64,000 nt of DNA from IMG/VR virus record IMGVR_UViG_3300010346_001536, one strand, 5' to 3'. This document shows, piece by piece, positions 39,420 to 49,144 of the stretch. The stretch's first letter is position 1, and every line of letters begins with the position of its first letter. Under the pieces are notes generated by a model, which had not been told where the DNA came from, did no database searches, and saw only the letters and a list, made by a program, of their open reading frames with translations. The stretch comes from a virus. Its lineage: Duplodnaviria > Caudoviricetes. Both the position numbers and the translations under genes were made by a program.

Positions 39420-40955
39420 ATGAAAAAAGTAAAAAATATACAGGGGAAAACGAAATATGTTCCATCTTCCAATGCTTTCATTCAAGGCATGACTAATGCT
39501 TGTAATGTGGCTTATACCGAAAACGCAGCTATTACTAATAAGTCCACTTTATCTGATACTTTAGATTGGTTTGGGGCTGGGGGAGCGTTGCGTCAGCGAA
39601 ATTCTGAGGAAATCATCAGCCTTTTCTCTCGCGCTTTTGCCGAAGACCAGCTTTTGGCATTGAAAATTCTTTTCTATTTGCGCGATGTACGAGAAGGACA
39701 GGGAGAGCGCAATACATTTCGTATTATTATCAACTGGCTAGCACAACATTATCCAGAAGTAATCCGAAAAAATTTAGAACACATTCCTTTTTATGGCCGA
39801 TTTGATGATTTGTATTCTTTAGTAGGTACTTCGCTAGAAAACGAAATGTTTAAATTTATTGCACAGCAATTAAAAACGGATTTTCGTAATATGAAGAGGG
39901 GAAAATCTGTTTCTTTGTTGGCTAAATGGGCTAAGAGTGAAAATACTTCTTCTGATGAATCAGTCAAACTTGGTCGTAAAACCCGCGAGGCTCTTAAACT
40001 TTCTCCAAAGCGTTATCGAAAGATTCTTTCTTCTCTTAGAAATTATATTAATGTCGTTGAAACAAAGATGTGTTTGGGAAAGTGGGGTGAAATTAATTAT
40101 GAAGGAGTTCCTTCTAAGGCTTCTTTAAATTATCGTAAAGCGTTTGGCCGGCATGACCAAGAACGTTATGCTAGTTATTTAGAATCTGTTAAGAAAGGAG
40201 ATTCTAAAATTAATGCAGATGCTATATTTCCATATGAAATTTTTCGTTCGCTTGTAAAAAATCCAGAATGTAAAATTACGCCGTCGGCACAAGAAATTTT
40301 GCAGGCCGATTTACAGTGGAAATCTATGCCCAATTGGATGGGGAATAATGAACACAAAGGCATTGTTATTGCTGATTGTTCAGGGTCTATGTATACTGGC
40401 ATTCCCAATATTTTTGTGGCGGTATCTCTTGCAATTTACTTTGCCGAACGTAATGTAGGTCCTTTTAAAAATGTTTGGATGACCTTTTCAACCCATCCTT
40501 CATTTCAAAAATTGAAGGGACAAAATCTATATGAAAAATATTTAAATATAGATAGGAACGACTGGGGAGTATCAACCAATCTCCAGTCATCATTTGACCT
40601 TATTTTAAAGACGGCGGTGAAAGCGTCCGTTCCCCCCGAAGATATGCCAGAAGTATTGTATATTATTTCTGATATGGAATTTGATTGGGCGTGTAAAGAC
40701 AATACAAAGACAAATTTCCAAGTAATGAGAGAAAAGTATGAAACCGCCGGATATAAATTGCCGCGTGTAGTGTGGTGGAATGTTGACGCTCGCAATAGCA
40801 ATTACCCAATTCGAGCAGATGATACGGGTACCTGTTTGGTTTCGGGATGCTCACCGAGCATCTTGAAGACCGTAATGAGTTCGAAGATTATGGACCCAAT
40901 CAGTATTATGCTTTCAACTGTAAATATTCCTCGTTATGAGCGTATTGCCGTTTAA
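39420..40955 (+). CDS. DUF2828-family TROVE/Ro60-like protein with C-terminal vWA domain
   Basis: TENAA, FYLRDVREGQGER..F, YGRFDDL, SLLAKW, YRK.LS.LR, VVE.KM, ADCSGSM (MIDAS), STNL, ISDMEFD, VWWNV, VSG.SP. Confidence 0.9.
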   Translation: MKKVKNIQGKTKYVPSSNAFIQGMTNACNVAYTENAAITNKSTLSDTLDWFGAGGALRQRNSEEIISLFSRAFAEDQLLALKILFYLRDVREGQGERNTFRIIINWLAQHYPEVIRKNLEHIPFYGRFDDLYSLVGTSLENEMFKFIAQQLKTDFRNMKRGKSVSLLAKWAKSENTSSDESVKLGRKTREALKLSPKRYRKILSSLRNYINVVETKMCLGKWGEINYEGVPSKASLNYRKAFGRHDQERYASYLESVKKGDSKINADAIFPYEIFRSLVKNPECKITPSAQEILQADLQWKSMPNWMGNNEHKGIVIADCSGSMYTGIPNIFVAVSLAIYFAERNVGPFKNVWMTFSTHPSFQKLKGQNLYEKYLNIDRNDWGVSTNLQSSFDLILKTAVKASVPPEDMPEVLYIISDMEFDWACKDNTKTNFQVMREKYETAGYKLPRVVWWNVDARNSNYPIRADDTGTCLVSGCSPSILKTVMSSKIMDPISIMLSTVNIPRYERIAV

Positions 40956-41052
40956 CTCATCAAATTTAACATTTTTCTTTTATGAGAACAAATTTTTGTT
41001 GATATTTTATGAAAAATGTGACATGTTTAATTTGTTAAAACTTTAAAAAAAT

Positions 41053-41265
41053 ATGAAAAAGTCAAAATGGATGAAGTATGGGTTGTTTTATTGGACTAAT
41101 GGTCGTTGGACATCTAAACCATACGAAGGTGTTACTTTTACTGAAAAGCAATTGGAGAATAAAATTTTACAGTATTGTATAAAAAATATTAAGAATAATG
41201 TTCTTAAAACATACATTCGAATTCTTCCTGTAAAACCACAAGTCAAAACAAACAAAAAGAAATAG
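41053..41265 (+). CDS. small basic protein, paralog A
   Basis: KYG.FY..NGRWT..PY.G.TFT.KQ shared with the next ORF. Confidence 0.75.
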   Translation: MKKSKWMKYGLFYWTNGRWTSKPYEGVTFTEKQLENKILQYCIKNIKNNVLKTYIRILPVKPQVKTNKKK

Positions 41266-41267
41266 TT

Positions 41268-41453
41268 ATGAAAAAATCAAAAAGTAAGAAATATGGTATT
41301 TTCTATCGGTCTAATGGACGATGGACTGCTACTCCTTATGCGGGATTTACATTTACTAAAAAACAATGGGAACGTCCTTCTTTAAAAAAAGATATTAAAG
41401 AGGTCAAGAATAAAATTCTTAAATCTCGAATAAAAATTCTTTTGGTAAAGTAA
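41268..41453 (+). CDS. small basic protein, paralog B
   Basis: Tandem paralog of 41053..41265. Confidence 0.75.
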   Translation: MKKSKSKKYGIFYRSNGRWTATPYAGFTFTKKQWERPSLKKDIKEVKNKILKSRIKILLVK

Positions 41454-41469
41454 ATACATGTTTCAACAC

Positions 41470-41519
41470 ACGGTTATAGCCAACATGCGGTATCTCCTTA
41501 TGTTGCTTATAACCGTTTT
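41470..41519 (+). terminator. long hairpin, terminator-like
   Basis: ACGGTTATA..CAACAT / ATGTTG..TATAACCGT followed by a T run. Confidence 0.55.
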
Positions 41520-41533
41520 AATGTTATAGAGGG

Positions 41534-41562
41534 TTGACAACTGTTGATTGAAATGTTACAAT
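41534..41562 (+). promoter_or_regulatory. sigma70-like promoter
   Basis: TTGACA-N17-TACAAT with extended TG. Confidence 0.75.
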
Positions 41563-41679
41563 TCTCATTGAAAAAAGAATTGAACGGAAAATTTATTTAT
41601 GTTCTAAAAAGATGAATGTAGATTTTTGTAAGTTTCAAGGAACAGGAAACTTTTAGCTATAATTTTGATTTAATTTAAA

Positions 41680-42015
41680 ATGAAAAATACATTTGGTAAT
41701 ACACCGGCATCCCAAAGACTTGAAATTTTATTGCAAAATAATCCGCTGTCTCGACGTAAAGTGTCTCGGCTTTTAAACCAATATACATATAAATTGATTA
41801 GACTGGCGGGCCTTAAAGATTTTAAAACAGTACATACTTGTATGATATTACTTCGGAATTATGCTTTGTCTTTGGTAGATATACAAAAAAATTTAGATTC
41901 GGAAGTTCGTTCTTATACTAAAAATCTCATATCTTGTCGTTATCGGGAATATCGTAAGGGATATGAATTTATGGTTCCTTCAAAAAAGAAGAACCGACTT
42001 AACATTAAACATTAA
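41680..42015 (+). CDS. hypothetical protein
   Basis: ORF after promoter. Confidence 0.6.
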   Translation: MKNTFGNTPASQRLEILLQNNPLSRRKVSRLLNQYTYKLIRLAGLKDFKTVHTCMILLRNYALSLVDIQKNLDSEVRSYTKNLISCRYREYRKGYEFMVPSKKKNRLNIKH

Positions 42016-42032
42016 AACCTATAATATTTAAT

Positions 42033-42239
42033 ATGTTATTTTTTATTGAAGCACGTGTAACTAGACATCATGTTGGGCTTTCATCTCCCCGACAAGAAGT
42101 TATTGGTAAACTTGTAAATGCTAATAATGCAAATGAAGCCGAGATGAAATATCAGCGAGCAGTTCGTAATAAATATGCAAATGAAGGCGAGTTAAAACTT
42201 CACTTTGAATATCTTCATTTTGCAGATGAAATTAAATAG
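42033..42239 (+). CDS. hypothetical protein
   Basis: ORF in operon. Confidence 0.65.
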   Translation: MLFFIEARVTRHHVGLSSPRQEVIGKLVNANNANEAEMKYQRAVRNKYANEGELKLHFEYLHFADEIK

Positions 42240-42242
42240 CGT

Positions 42243-42902
42243 ATGACTTTACGAGAAGCATTATATAGGGCAAACCTTGATAAGGTATATGTTTTAATTC
42301 ATGAACATGACCAAAGAACAAATGGAGAATATAGTTGTTCTTCATTAAATAAAATTATATACAATTATAAGAGAGTTGTTAAGGAATTACTTGAAAAACC
42401 AAAAATAAAACCTTATTCAATGCCTATTTTGATAAAATCCCGTAAAGATTTATATAGTTCTAATTCTTATATTGATGTATGTCTTTTAAATACCCGGTAT
42501 GTAAAACCCCCCAAAGGAGCCCAACCCTGGGGTGGCAAACGAGGAGTTAAGGTTCCTAAAGGAAAGTATAATTGTAATGCCAAAAAATATAATCAATATT
42601 TTTCATTGGCAGGAGTTCCTTGGAGTAAATTAATCGATACAGAAATTCAAATAAAATCTAAATGTACACTTGAAAAAGCATTGGCTCATCTTTTATGGGA
42701 ATTGACTTTTGATGGTTGGACAGAAAAACAAGTAGAAAAAAATTCTGCTCTTATTATGAAATATATTAAGGAAGTAGAACTAGAAATTGAAAGGGGCCAA
42801 TATAATATTATTTCTCCAAAAAAGAAGAAAAATTTTAAAATGATTATTCCTAAATCGATATCTAAACAAATTAAAAAATTTTTAAAAGAACAAAAATCAT
42901 AA
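42243..42902 (+). CDS. hypothetical protein
   Basis: PW..LI and LAH.LWELTF.G conserved-looking motifs. Confidence 0.7.
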   Translation: MTLREALYRANLDKVYVLIHEHDQRTNGEYSCSSLNKIIYNYKRVVKELLEKPKIKPYSMPILIKSRKDLYSSNSYIDVCLLNTRYVKPPKGAQPWGGKRGVKVPKGKYNCNAKKYNQYFSLAGVPWSKLIDTEIQIKSKCTLEKALAHLLWELTFDGWTEKQVEKNSALIMKYIKEVELEIERGQYNIISPKKKKNFKMIIPKSISKQIKKFLKEQKS

Positions 42903-42911
42903 ATTAAAAAT

Positions 42912-43160
42912 ATGAAACTCCGGGAATTGAAGAAATTATTAACTAAATATCCTCCAGATATGGATGATATGGAAGTGATTATTGTGACGGGAGAGAAAGG
43001 AAAAAAGAAATGTGATTTACTTTGTTTTACGGGGTATCTTCCTATTCCCAAATATGAAAGTATTGTTCTTGGTACATTTTCCGCAGTTAAAATAATGGTT
43101 GAAACCGGAGAAATTTCAAAGCCCGAAGGTTATGATGATTTTATGAACAATGAAAATTGA
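42912..43160 (+). CDS. hypothetical protein
   Basis: MKLRELK.LL.KYP.DM..V start typical of small phage proteins. Confidence 0.65.
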   Translation: MKLRELKKLLTKYPPDMDDMEVIIVTGEKGKKKCDLLCFTGYLPIPKYESIVLGTFSAVKIMVETGEISKPEGYDDFMNNEN

Positions 43161-43389
43161 AGAATGTATTAAACAATTAAAGCAAGGTAAACGAATTAAA
43201 AAAGTACCTTCAGAATTATTAGCTAAAAACAAAGATTATTTCCAATTGTGTCAACAAAATACGATTGTACGAATATTATGCGATAGAGCATGTGCAGGAA
43301 CAGTGATATGGATTGCCTCATTAGAAGAATTTGAAAAAATTAGTAAGAAGAATAATTTTGATTTTGAAATTTATGAGTCCTTCCAATAA
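43150..43389 (+). CDS. hypothetical protein
   Basis: Overlapping ORF in operon. Confidence 0.6.
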   Translation: MKIEECIKQLKQGKRIKKVPSELLAKNKDYFQLCQQNTIVRILCDRACAGTVIWIASLEEFEKISKKNNFDFEIYESFQ

Positions 43390-43717
43390 ATCTATTAAAC
43401 ATTCTAAAGACCATTTTATAAGATTTTTATATGAAATGTCTATTTACCTGTATTTTCAAGGTTGGTATTCTCAAAGTTATTATATCGTAGAAAAATGTTC
43501 TACGTTTGAAGAAGTGGAAGAATATCTTTGTCAGCACTGTTATTCCCGCGATAAATCAAAAAAGATATTACTAGAAATAAAACTTAGAACAAAAAATTCA
43601 TATAAAAATAAACACGCCAAAAATAATTTAAAGCGTTGGATAAAAGTAATACAGCAACGAAAAAAACTTGAAAATATTTCTAGTGTTTTTGATAAGAAAA
43701 ATAATAGAAAAAGTTAG
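43373..43717 (+). CDS. hypothetical protein
   Basis: Start placed at ATG 43373. Confidence 0.55.
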   Translation: MSPSNKSIKHSKDHFIRFLYEMSIYLYFQGWYSQSYYIVEKCSTFEEVEEYLCQHCYSRDKSKKILLEIKLRTKNSYKNKHAKNNLKRWIKVIQQRKKLENISSVFDKKNNRKS

Positions 43718-43739
43718 TGGGGGGAAATTTTAATATCAT

Positions 43740-44051
43740 ATGATTATTGTTGGATTTATTATTACTATTATATTTTTTGGTGTAGGAGAATATAATAGTA
43801 AGCTATATGCAAACACCCATTTGTATCGTTATATGGTATATGCGATGATTGGATATTTTATTGAGTCTCTTGCATTTATGCCAACTCTTTCTCGTATGAA
43901 TTCTCTTTCGATTTTAGGTACAATGTGGAATTTGTCACATGGATTCATTACGTTATTCCTTGGATTTGTTATATTCCACGAATCTATCACCGCAACCCAA
44001 ATAGCAGGTCTTATTCTTGGTATGATAGCTATAGTTTTACTTGCTATATAA
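43740..44051 (+). CDS. small 4-TM DMT/SMR-like membrane protein
   Basis: Four hydrophobic segments; E in TM1; W, G..IFHE.IT..QI.GL.L. Confidence 0.75.
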   Translation: MIIVGFIITIIFFGVGEYNSKLYANTHLYRYMVYAMIGYFIESLAFMPTLSRMNSLSILGTMWNLSHGFITLFLGFVIFHESITATQIAGLILGMIAIVLLAI

Positions 44052-44122
44052 TAACTAATTTTATATTGACAGTTGGGGTTAAAATCTATAGGATGTAATC
44101 CATACATAAAATATAAGAAGTT

Positions 44123-44947
44123 ATGCGCGATGACCTTGGTGACAGGATAAAAAATAATTACGAAGATAGAACAAGATATTATCTTCCCCGTCGTACCTAT
44201 ACAATATTACGTCTTGATGGGTGTCATTTCCGCTCATATACAAAAGGATTGAATAAACCTTTTGATTATGATTTATATGAAGATATTGATAAGGCAATTA
44301 TTGCTACTCTTCCTGAAATACAGGGAGCAGTATTTGCTTATACTCAGTCCGATGAAATTTCTATTCTTCTAACAGATTTCACCGCTCCTTCAACGGCGGC
44401 TTGGTTTGATGGAAATATACAAAAAATTTGTTCGGTTGCTGCCTCAATTTTTACAGCACAATTTATGTTTTTAAGAGCTCACCGAATGAAAAAACAATAT
44501 GAGTCGCTTTTCACCGAAGAAGAACATAAATTTAAGATAGCTTTATTTGATGCTCGTGTATTTACTATCCCGGATAGAATTGAAGTTATGAATTATTTTA
44601 TCTGGCGAAATCAAGATTGTGCGCGTAACTCTCTCTCCTCAATAGCTCAGGCTAATTTTTCTCATGCTGAATTACAAGGGAAAAATATACTTGAGTTGCA
44701 TAAAATGTTAAAACAAAAAGGTATTAATTGGGAACTTGATTTTTCAAATAATATAAAATATGGACGATTAATTACAAAAGAAATATACAGTGGTAAAGCG
44801 ACTTGGAATTGTGATAATAATTCCTTAGGAGAATTAACAAATTTAGTTTATCGTACACGGTGGGTTTCTAAAGATGCATGGAAATTCACCGAAGATAAAG
44901 AAACTCTTTTGTTAATGATACCACATAATATAAATAATTTTAAATAG
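44123..44947 (+). CDS. Thg1-like (tRNA-His guanylyltransferase / 3'-5' polymerase) protein
   Basis: RLDG..F, KPFD, AYTQSDEIS, WFDG.IQK, FDAR, YF.WR.QD..RNS; promoter at 44066-44094. Confidence 0.92.
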   Translation: MRDDLGDRIKNNYEDRTRYYLPRRTYTILRLDGCHFRSYTKGLNKPFDYDLYEDIDKAIIATLPEIQGAVFAYTQSDEISILLTDFTAPSTAAWFDGNIQKICSVAASIFTAQFMFLRAHRMKKQYESLFTEEEHKFKIALFDARVFTIPDRIEVMNYFIWRNQDCARNSLSSIAQANFSHAELQGKNILELHKMLKQKGINWELDFSNNIKYGRLITKEIYSGKATWNCDNNSLGELTNLVYRTRWVSKDAWKFTEDKETLLLMIPHNINNFK

Positions 44948-44957
44948 AAAGGATGAT

Positions 44958-45158
44958 ATGAAACATGCCGTTAATTGTAATGCTTATATTGACACGGATT
45001 CTTTCATAGAAGAAATTCGTGATGATTGGTCAGAAGAAGATAAACTTAAATTTATCGAATGCATTTGTGATACTTTTGATAATACTAGTGCATTTAAAAA
45101 ATTAAGAAAGATTGTAGATAAAATGGAAGAATTTCAAAAAAAATTTGAAAAGGATTGA
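44958..45158 (+). CDS. hypothetical protein, paralog A
   Basis: VNC.AYID.DSF..EIR..W..IC.TFD.....FKKLRKI shared with the next ORF. Confidence 0.75.
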   Translation: MKHAVNCNAYIDTDSFIEEIRDDWSEEDKLKFIECICDTFDNTSAFKKLRKIVDKMEEFQKKFEKD

Positions 45159-45168
45159 GGAGTTTATT

Positions 45169-45378
45169 ATGAATAAAGCTTTTAATAAGAAAACTATTGT
45201 TAATTGTAGTGCTTATATTGATGTGGATTCTTTCTTAAGAGAAATTCGAAATTGTTGGCCAGAAAAAAATAAAATTAATTTGATAGAATCCATTTGTTAT
45301 ACTTTTGATGATAGTAGTACATTTAAAAAATTGAGAAAAATTATAGATAGAAGAGAAAGATTTCTATTGGATTATTAA
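45169..45378 (+). CDS. hypothetical protein, paralog B
   Basis: Tandem paralog; GAGGAG before ATG 45169. Confidence 0.75.
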   Translation: MNKAFNKKTIVNCSAYIDVDSFLREIRNCWPEKNKINLIESICYTFDDSSTFKKLRKIIDRRERFLLDY

Positions 45379-45417
45379 TTTTTATATAAACTAAATATTC
45401 AAGAGATATAGGAAAAA

Positions 45418-45915
45418 ATGAGAGCAATTGTAGCTATGGCCCCCAATCGTGTGATTGGATACAAGGGTGGTATTCCTTGGCATTACAAAGAAGATTTGAA
45501 ATGGTTTAAGAAATTTACTATGGGTGGAACTCTTGTGATGGGATGGAATACGTATAATTCTCTTCCGGTTAAATTAGAAGGTAGAAAAATATGCGTTATT
45601 ACTAAGTCTTGGACCCCTTCGTTAATACTTCAAAGTACCAAGTTTAAAGCAGATAAAGTTTATTTTAGGTTTCCGCCGGGATATAAAAATTTAAAGGATG
45701 CGACTTTTAATCCTAAAGAATTTTCTGAGTCTATTGTTGCTGGTGGTGCTAAAACTTATGCTTTATTAATGCCTTATATTGAAGATATGTTTGTTACACA
45801 TATTGCAGATGAATATCCGGGCGATTCTTATATGCCCGAGTTTGAAAGTCAATTTAATTATCAAGAAATAGTAAAGGAAACAAAAGATTTTACTATTGTC
45901 AGATATATGTTATAA
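45418..45915 (+). CDS. folA: dihydrofolate reductase
   Basis: AIVA...RVIG..G.IPWH..EDL.WFK..T, VMG..TY.SL, GG..TY, GD..P. Confidence 0.93.
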   Translation: MRAIVAMAPNRVIGYKGGIPWHYKEDLKWFKKFTMGGTLVMGWNTYNSLPVKLEGRKICVITKSWTPSLILQSTKFKADKVYFRFPPGYKNLKDATFNPKEFSESIVAGGAKTYALLMPYIEDMFVTHIADEYPGDSYMPEFESQFNYQEIVKETKDFTIVRYML

Positions 45916-45918
45916 ATT

Positions 45919-46788
45919 ATGAGCTTAAGGGATGAATTATATTGTAATAAAGTAGATAGAGACTATATTAAATTAATAAACCGTGTCCTTGAAGAGGGAC
46001 AAAGGAAAAAGAATAGAACGGGTGTAGATACTTTTAGTATATTCGGAGCTATGCTTCAATTTGATATGTCCGAAGGATTTCCCCTTCTTACTACAAGGAG
46101 ACTTCCTTTTAAGTCCACTAAAGTAGAATTAGAAGGTTTTATTAAAGGGATTACTGATAAAAAGTGGTATCAAGAACGAGGATGCCATTATTGGGATGAA
46201 TGGTGTAATCCTGTTAAAGTTCCATATGGACATGATAAAGATACTTTGGCCAAAATGAAAAATGAAAGGGACTTAGGTAAAATATATGGGTATCAATGGA
46301 GAAATTTTAATTCCAGTGGTTATGACCAACTTAAAAAAGTCGTAGATACTCTTAAAAGTAATCCTGCTGATAGAAGAATGCTTGTAACGGCGTGGAATCC
46401 ATGTGAATTGAATCAAATGGCACTTCCACCTTGTCATTTCTGGTGGATGGTTGGGGTTGAAGGCAGTCGTTTAAATTTAGCATGGGGACAGCGAAGCGTG
46501 GACTGTGTGTGTGGACTCCCCGCCAATATTTCGTCCTATGCTTTACTTTTACATTTATTGGCAAAAGAGGCGGGGCTTGAGGAAGGAATCTTGACGGGTC
46601 AATTTGTAGATACTCATATCTATGTTAATCATCTTGATAATCTTAAAATACAACAACAAATATTACCGAAATCTTTGCCCACAATAAAAACCGAAAAATT
46701 TACTTCGATTTTTGAATGGTCTCATGAAGATACAAAACTTATTGGATATGACCCCCATCCAAAATTGGATTTTGAAATTGCAGTTTAA
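45919..46788 (+). CDS. thyA: thymidylate synthase
   Basis: NRTG..T, FPLLTT, LG.IYG.QWR, RRM..AWNP, MALPPCH, QRSVD...GLP.N, DTHIY.NH. Confidence 0.97.
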   Translation: MSLRDELYCNKVDRDYIKLINRVLEEGQRKKNRTGVDTFSIFGAMLQFDMSEGFPLLTTRRLPFKSTKVELEGFIKGITDKKWYQERGCHYWDEWCNPVKVPYGHDKDTLAKMKNERDLGKIYGYQWRNFNSSGYDQLKKVVDTLKSNPADRRMLVTAWNPCELNQMALPPCHFWWMVGVEGSRLNLAWGQRSVDCVCGLPANISSYALLLHLLAKEAGLEEGILTGQFVDTHIYVNHLDNLKIQQQILPKSLPTIKTEKFTSIFEWSHEDTKLIGYDPHPKLDFEIAV

Positions 46789-46830
46789 GTAAAATAAAAT
46801 TATAAATAAAATTAGAAATTAAAATTAAGT

Positions 46831-47334
46831 ATGAATTATGACCATCTAAATACAGTGTTTGAATATTGGCGAAAGGATATTTTGCCGTATCTTTCTAATA
46901 GATTTACAGTTGAATCATTTCAAGAGTATCTTAAACGATTTTCTTTTTGTCCCAGCGGTAAATGGTTGCGAGACATGGAAAAGGTAAAATTTAATCGTCT
47001 TGGATTTGCTATAGAAATTGAAAAATTTGTAAAGAAATATAAGGATTTTTGTGTGACTTATAATGTAACTACAAAACCCGAAGAGGGAGCACAAAGAATG
47101 ATTTATCAACTTTCACCGACTTTTCATGTTGAATTAGTATTATGGGCATGGATAGAAAATAAAGAATTACAAAAATATGGAACCATTTTTACGTGTTATA
47201 ATGAAGAGCAGGCATTTATTGATTTTGTAGATGAATTATACAAAAAAATGCGAAAAACCGGAAATACCGAAAATAATGAAAATCCGGGATTTGCAGGTAT
47301 TTTTGATGATATAAGTAGAAAAAATATGAAATAA
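46831..47334 (+). CDS. hypothetical protein
   Basis: ORF in operon. Confidence 0.7.
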   Translation: MNYDHLNTVFEYWRKDILPYLSNRFTVESFQEYLKRFSFCPSGKWLRDMEKVKFNRLGFAIEIEKFVKKYKDFCVTYNVTTKPEEGAQRMIYQLSPTFHVELVLWAWIENKELQKYGTIFTCYNEEQAFIDFVDELYKKMRKTGNTENNENPGFAGIFDDISRKNMK

Positions 47335-47396
47335 AAGATGGTTTTAAAAAAGTCTTTTGATAAAAGAATATAATGTGTTAATGTAATGTTAATATT

Positions 47397-47906
47397 ATGA
47401 AATTTAGAGAAAAAATAAATAAAAAAGATTTGTTTAAATACCCTCGTTATTGGTATTATATTTCTACAACTCTTACGGCTAAAAAATGTAGATTAACTCC
47501 CATAAATACTGAACATTGTTTTTATTGTAATCCGTCGGAATTTAATGTAAAACGTATAAGTGTAGGTCCTACGATTGCTCACTGTCTCACAGCCATTCAT
47601 TATTATTCTAAAAGTAAATATAATATTTATCGCACAGTCCGAAAAGTTAAAGCGGTCCGGCCATATAAAGTCCGCGATGCTCGCGTTACCCTTGAAGGAT
47701 GGTTAGTAAAACCCGTAAGTTTTGTAAAGGTTGGAAGGCTTTCCATTCCTCATGTACGAAAAAAAATGGGTAGAGTTATACGAGAAAGTGCCTCGGATAA
47801 TAATTTGCGCCGGTCTGCCAAAGTTTTAAAATGGTGGAAAGATAAGGATTTAAATCAATTTATCAAATCCGTTCGATTTAAGGATGCTTTAAAAGTAACC
47901 GCTTGA
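47397..47906 (+). CDS. hypothetical protein, paralog of 49145..49624 (possible ADP-ribosyltransferase-like fold)
   Basis: YW.YIST, R..VGPTI.HC, D..VTLEGW. Confidence 0.7.
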   Translation: MKFREKINKKDLFKYPRYWYYISTTLTAKKCRLTPINTEHCFYCNPSEFNVKRISVGPTIAHCLTAIHYYSKSKYNIYRTVRKVKAVRPYKVRDARVTLEGWLVKPVSFVKVGRLSIPHVRKKMGRVIRESASDNNLRRSAKVLKWWKDKDLNQFIKSVRFKDALKVTA

Positions 47907-47968
47907 CAAAATGAAAAAAGGTGTTATGGTGGTGAAAATTAAACAATGTGTAAATTAAATAATAAGTT

Positions 47969-49132
47969 ATGAATCCTTTTAATTTTAAACTTCCTGAATT
48001 ATATGCCCGGGCAAAAACTGGTAATATTCTTACGTGGAATATTGAAGTAGAAGGTAATAAGCATCGTACTATTACAGGAACTCAAGATGGTAAAAAGGTA
48101 GTTTCTAAATGGACAATTACTAAACCAAAAAATGAGGGGAAGGCCAATGCGACGACTGCTGAACAGCAAGCCGAATTCGAGGCTACTGCCAAATGGAAAA
48201 ATAAAATTAAGCGGGAGGGTTATTGGGAAGATATTAAGGATATTGATAAAACTCCGCTTTTTATTGAGCCAATGCTGGCTCAAAAACTTAGAGACCATTC
48301 TGATAAAGTTAAATTCCCTTGCATGGTTGACCGAAAGTATAATGGCGGAAGAATTGTGGCTTCTGTAACAGGATTATTTTCTCGCAAGGGTGAACGATAT
48401 ATGTCCATTCCTCATATTGAAGAATCTCTTGCTCCTTTATTTGAAAAATATCCTGACCTTGTATTGGATGGCGAAGGATATAATCATGACTTACGATTTA
48501 AATTGAATGATTTAATGAAAATTCTTCGTACTACTAAAGAATCAAAATTAACGCCTGAACTATTGTCTCATTCTGAAAAAATTGTACGTTTTTATGTGTA
48601 TGATGGATATGGATTTAATAATATCACCGAACAAACGGGGAATATAAATCGACGTAATGCTTTAAAATCTCTTATTAAAGGTATTCCTTATTTGGTATGG
48701 GTTCCGTATGAAATAGCTAATACCATAGAAGAAGTTTATTCTATTTACCAATCTTATGTTGAAGATGGAATGGAAGGTGCTATTATTCGTAACAACAATG
48801 CGCCGTATGAGCACGCCCGGTCTTATAATCTTCTTAAAGTAAAGCCAACCGATGATTCCGAAGGTAGTATTATCAAAATTATCGAGGGAATTGGTAATGC
48901 GAGCGGTCTGGCGGCTAAGGCTACTTTAAATTGGAACGGCCCAGACGGATTGGTAGAATTTGAAGCGACTTTTATGGGAGATGTTAAAACAAGACAAAAT
49001 ATTTTACATTTTCCTGATAATTGGGTTGGAAGAGAAGTTACTTTCCTATACAATGGTTTAACGGGAAAAACCCCTCGAAAACCGAATTATGCAAGAATTG
49101 ACCCTGATAACTGTTTTCAGGGAAAAAAGTAA
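47969..49132 (+). CDS. ATP-dependent DNA ligase with N-terminal WGR-like domain
   Basis: PMLA, RKYNGGR (motif I variant), SRKG, LDGE, EGAIIR, LLKVK, OB domain; promoter at 47903-47930. Confidence 0.92.
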   Translation: MNPFNFKLPELYARAKTGNILTWNIEVEGNKHRTITGTQDGKKVVSKWTITKPKNEGKANATTAEQQAEFEATAKWKNKIKREGYWEDIKDIDKTPLFIEPMLAQKLRDHSDKVKFPCMVDRKYNGGRIVASVTGLFSRKGERYMSIPHIEESLAPLFEKYPDLVLDGEGYNHDLRFKLNDLMKILRTTKESKLTPELLSHSEKIVRFYVYDGYGFNNITEQTGNINRRNALKSLIKGIPYLVWVPYEIANTIEEVYSIYQSYVEDGMEGAIIRNNNAPYEHARSYNLLKVKPTDDSEGSIIKIIEGIGNASGLAAKATLNWNGPDGLVEFEATFMGDVKTRQNILHFPDNWVGREVTFLYNGLTGKTPRKPNYARIDPDNCFQGKK

Positions 49133-49144
49133 TTTAATAATATT

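Noticed and set aside
45919-46788. Intron or intein in thyA (also checked ligase, helicase, clamp loader)
   Set aside because: ORFs are continuous and of normal length
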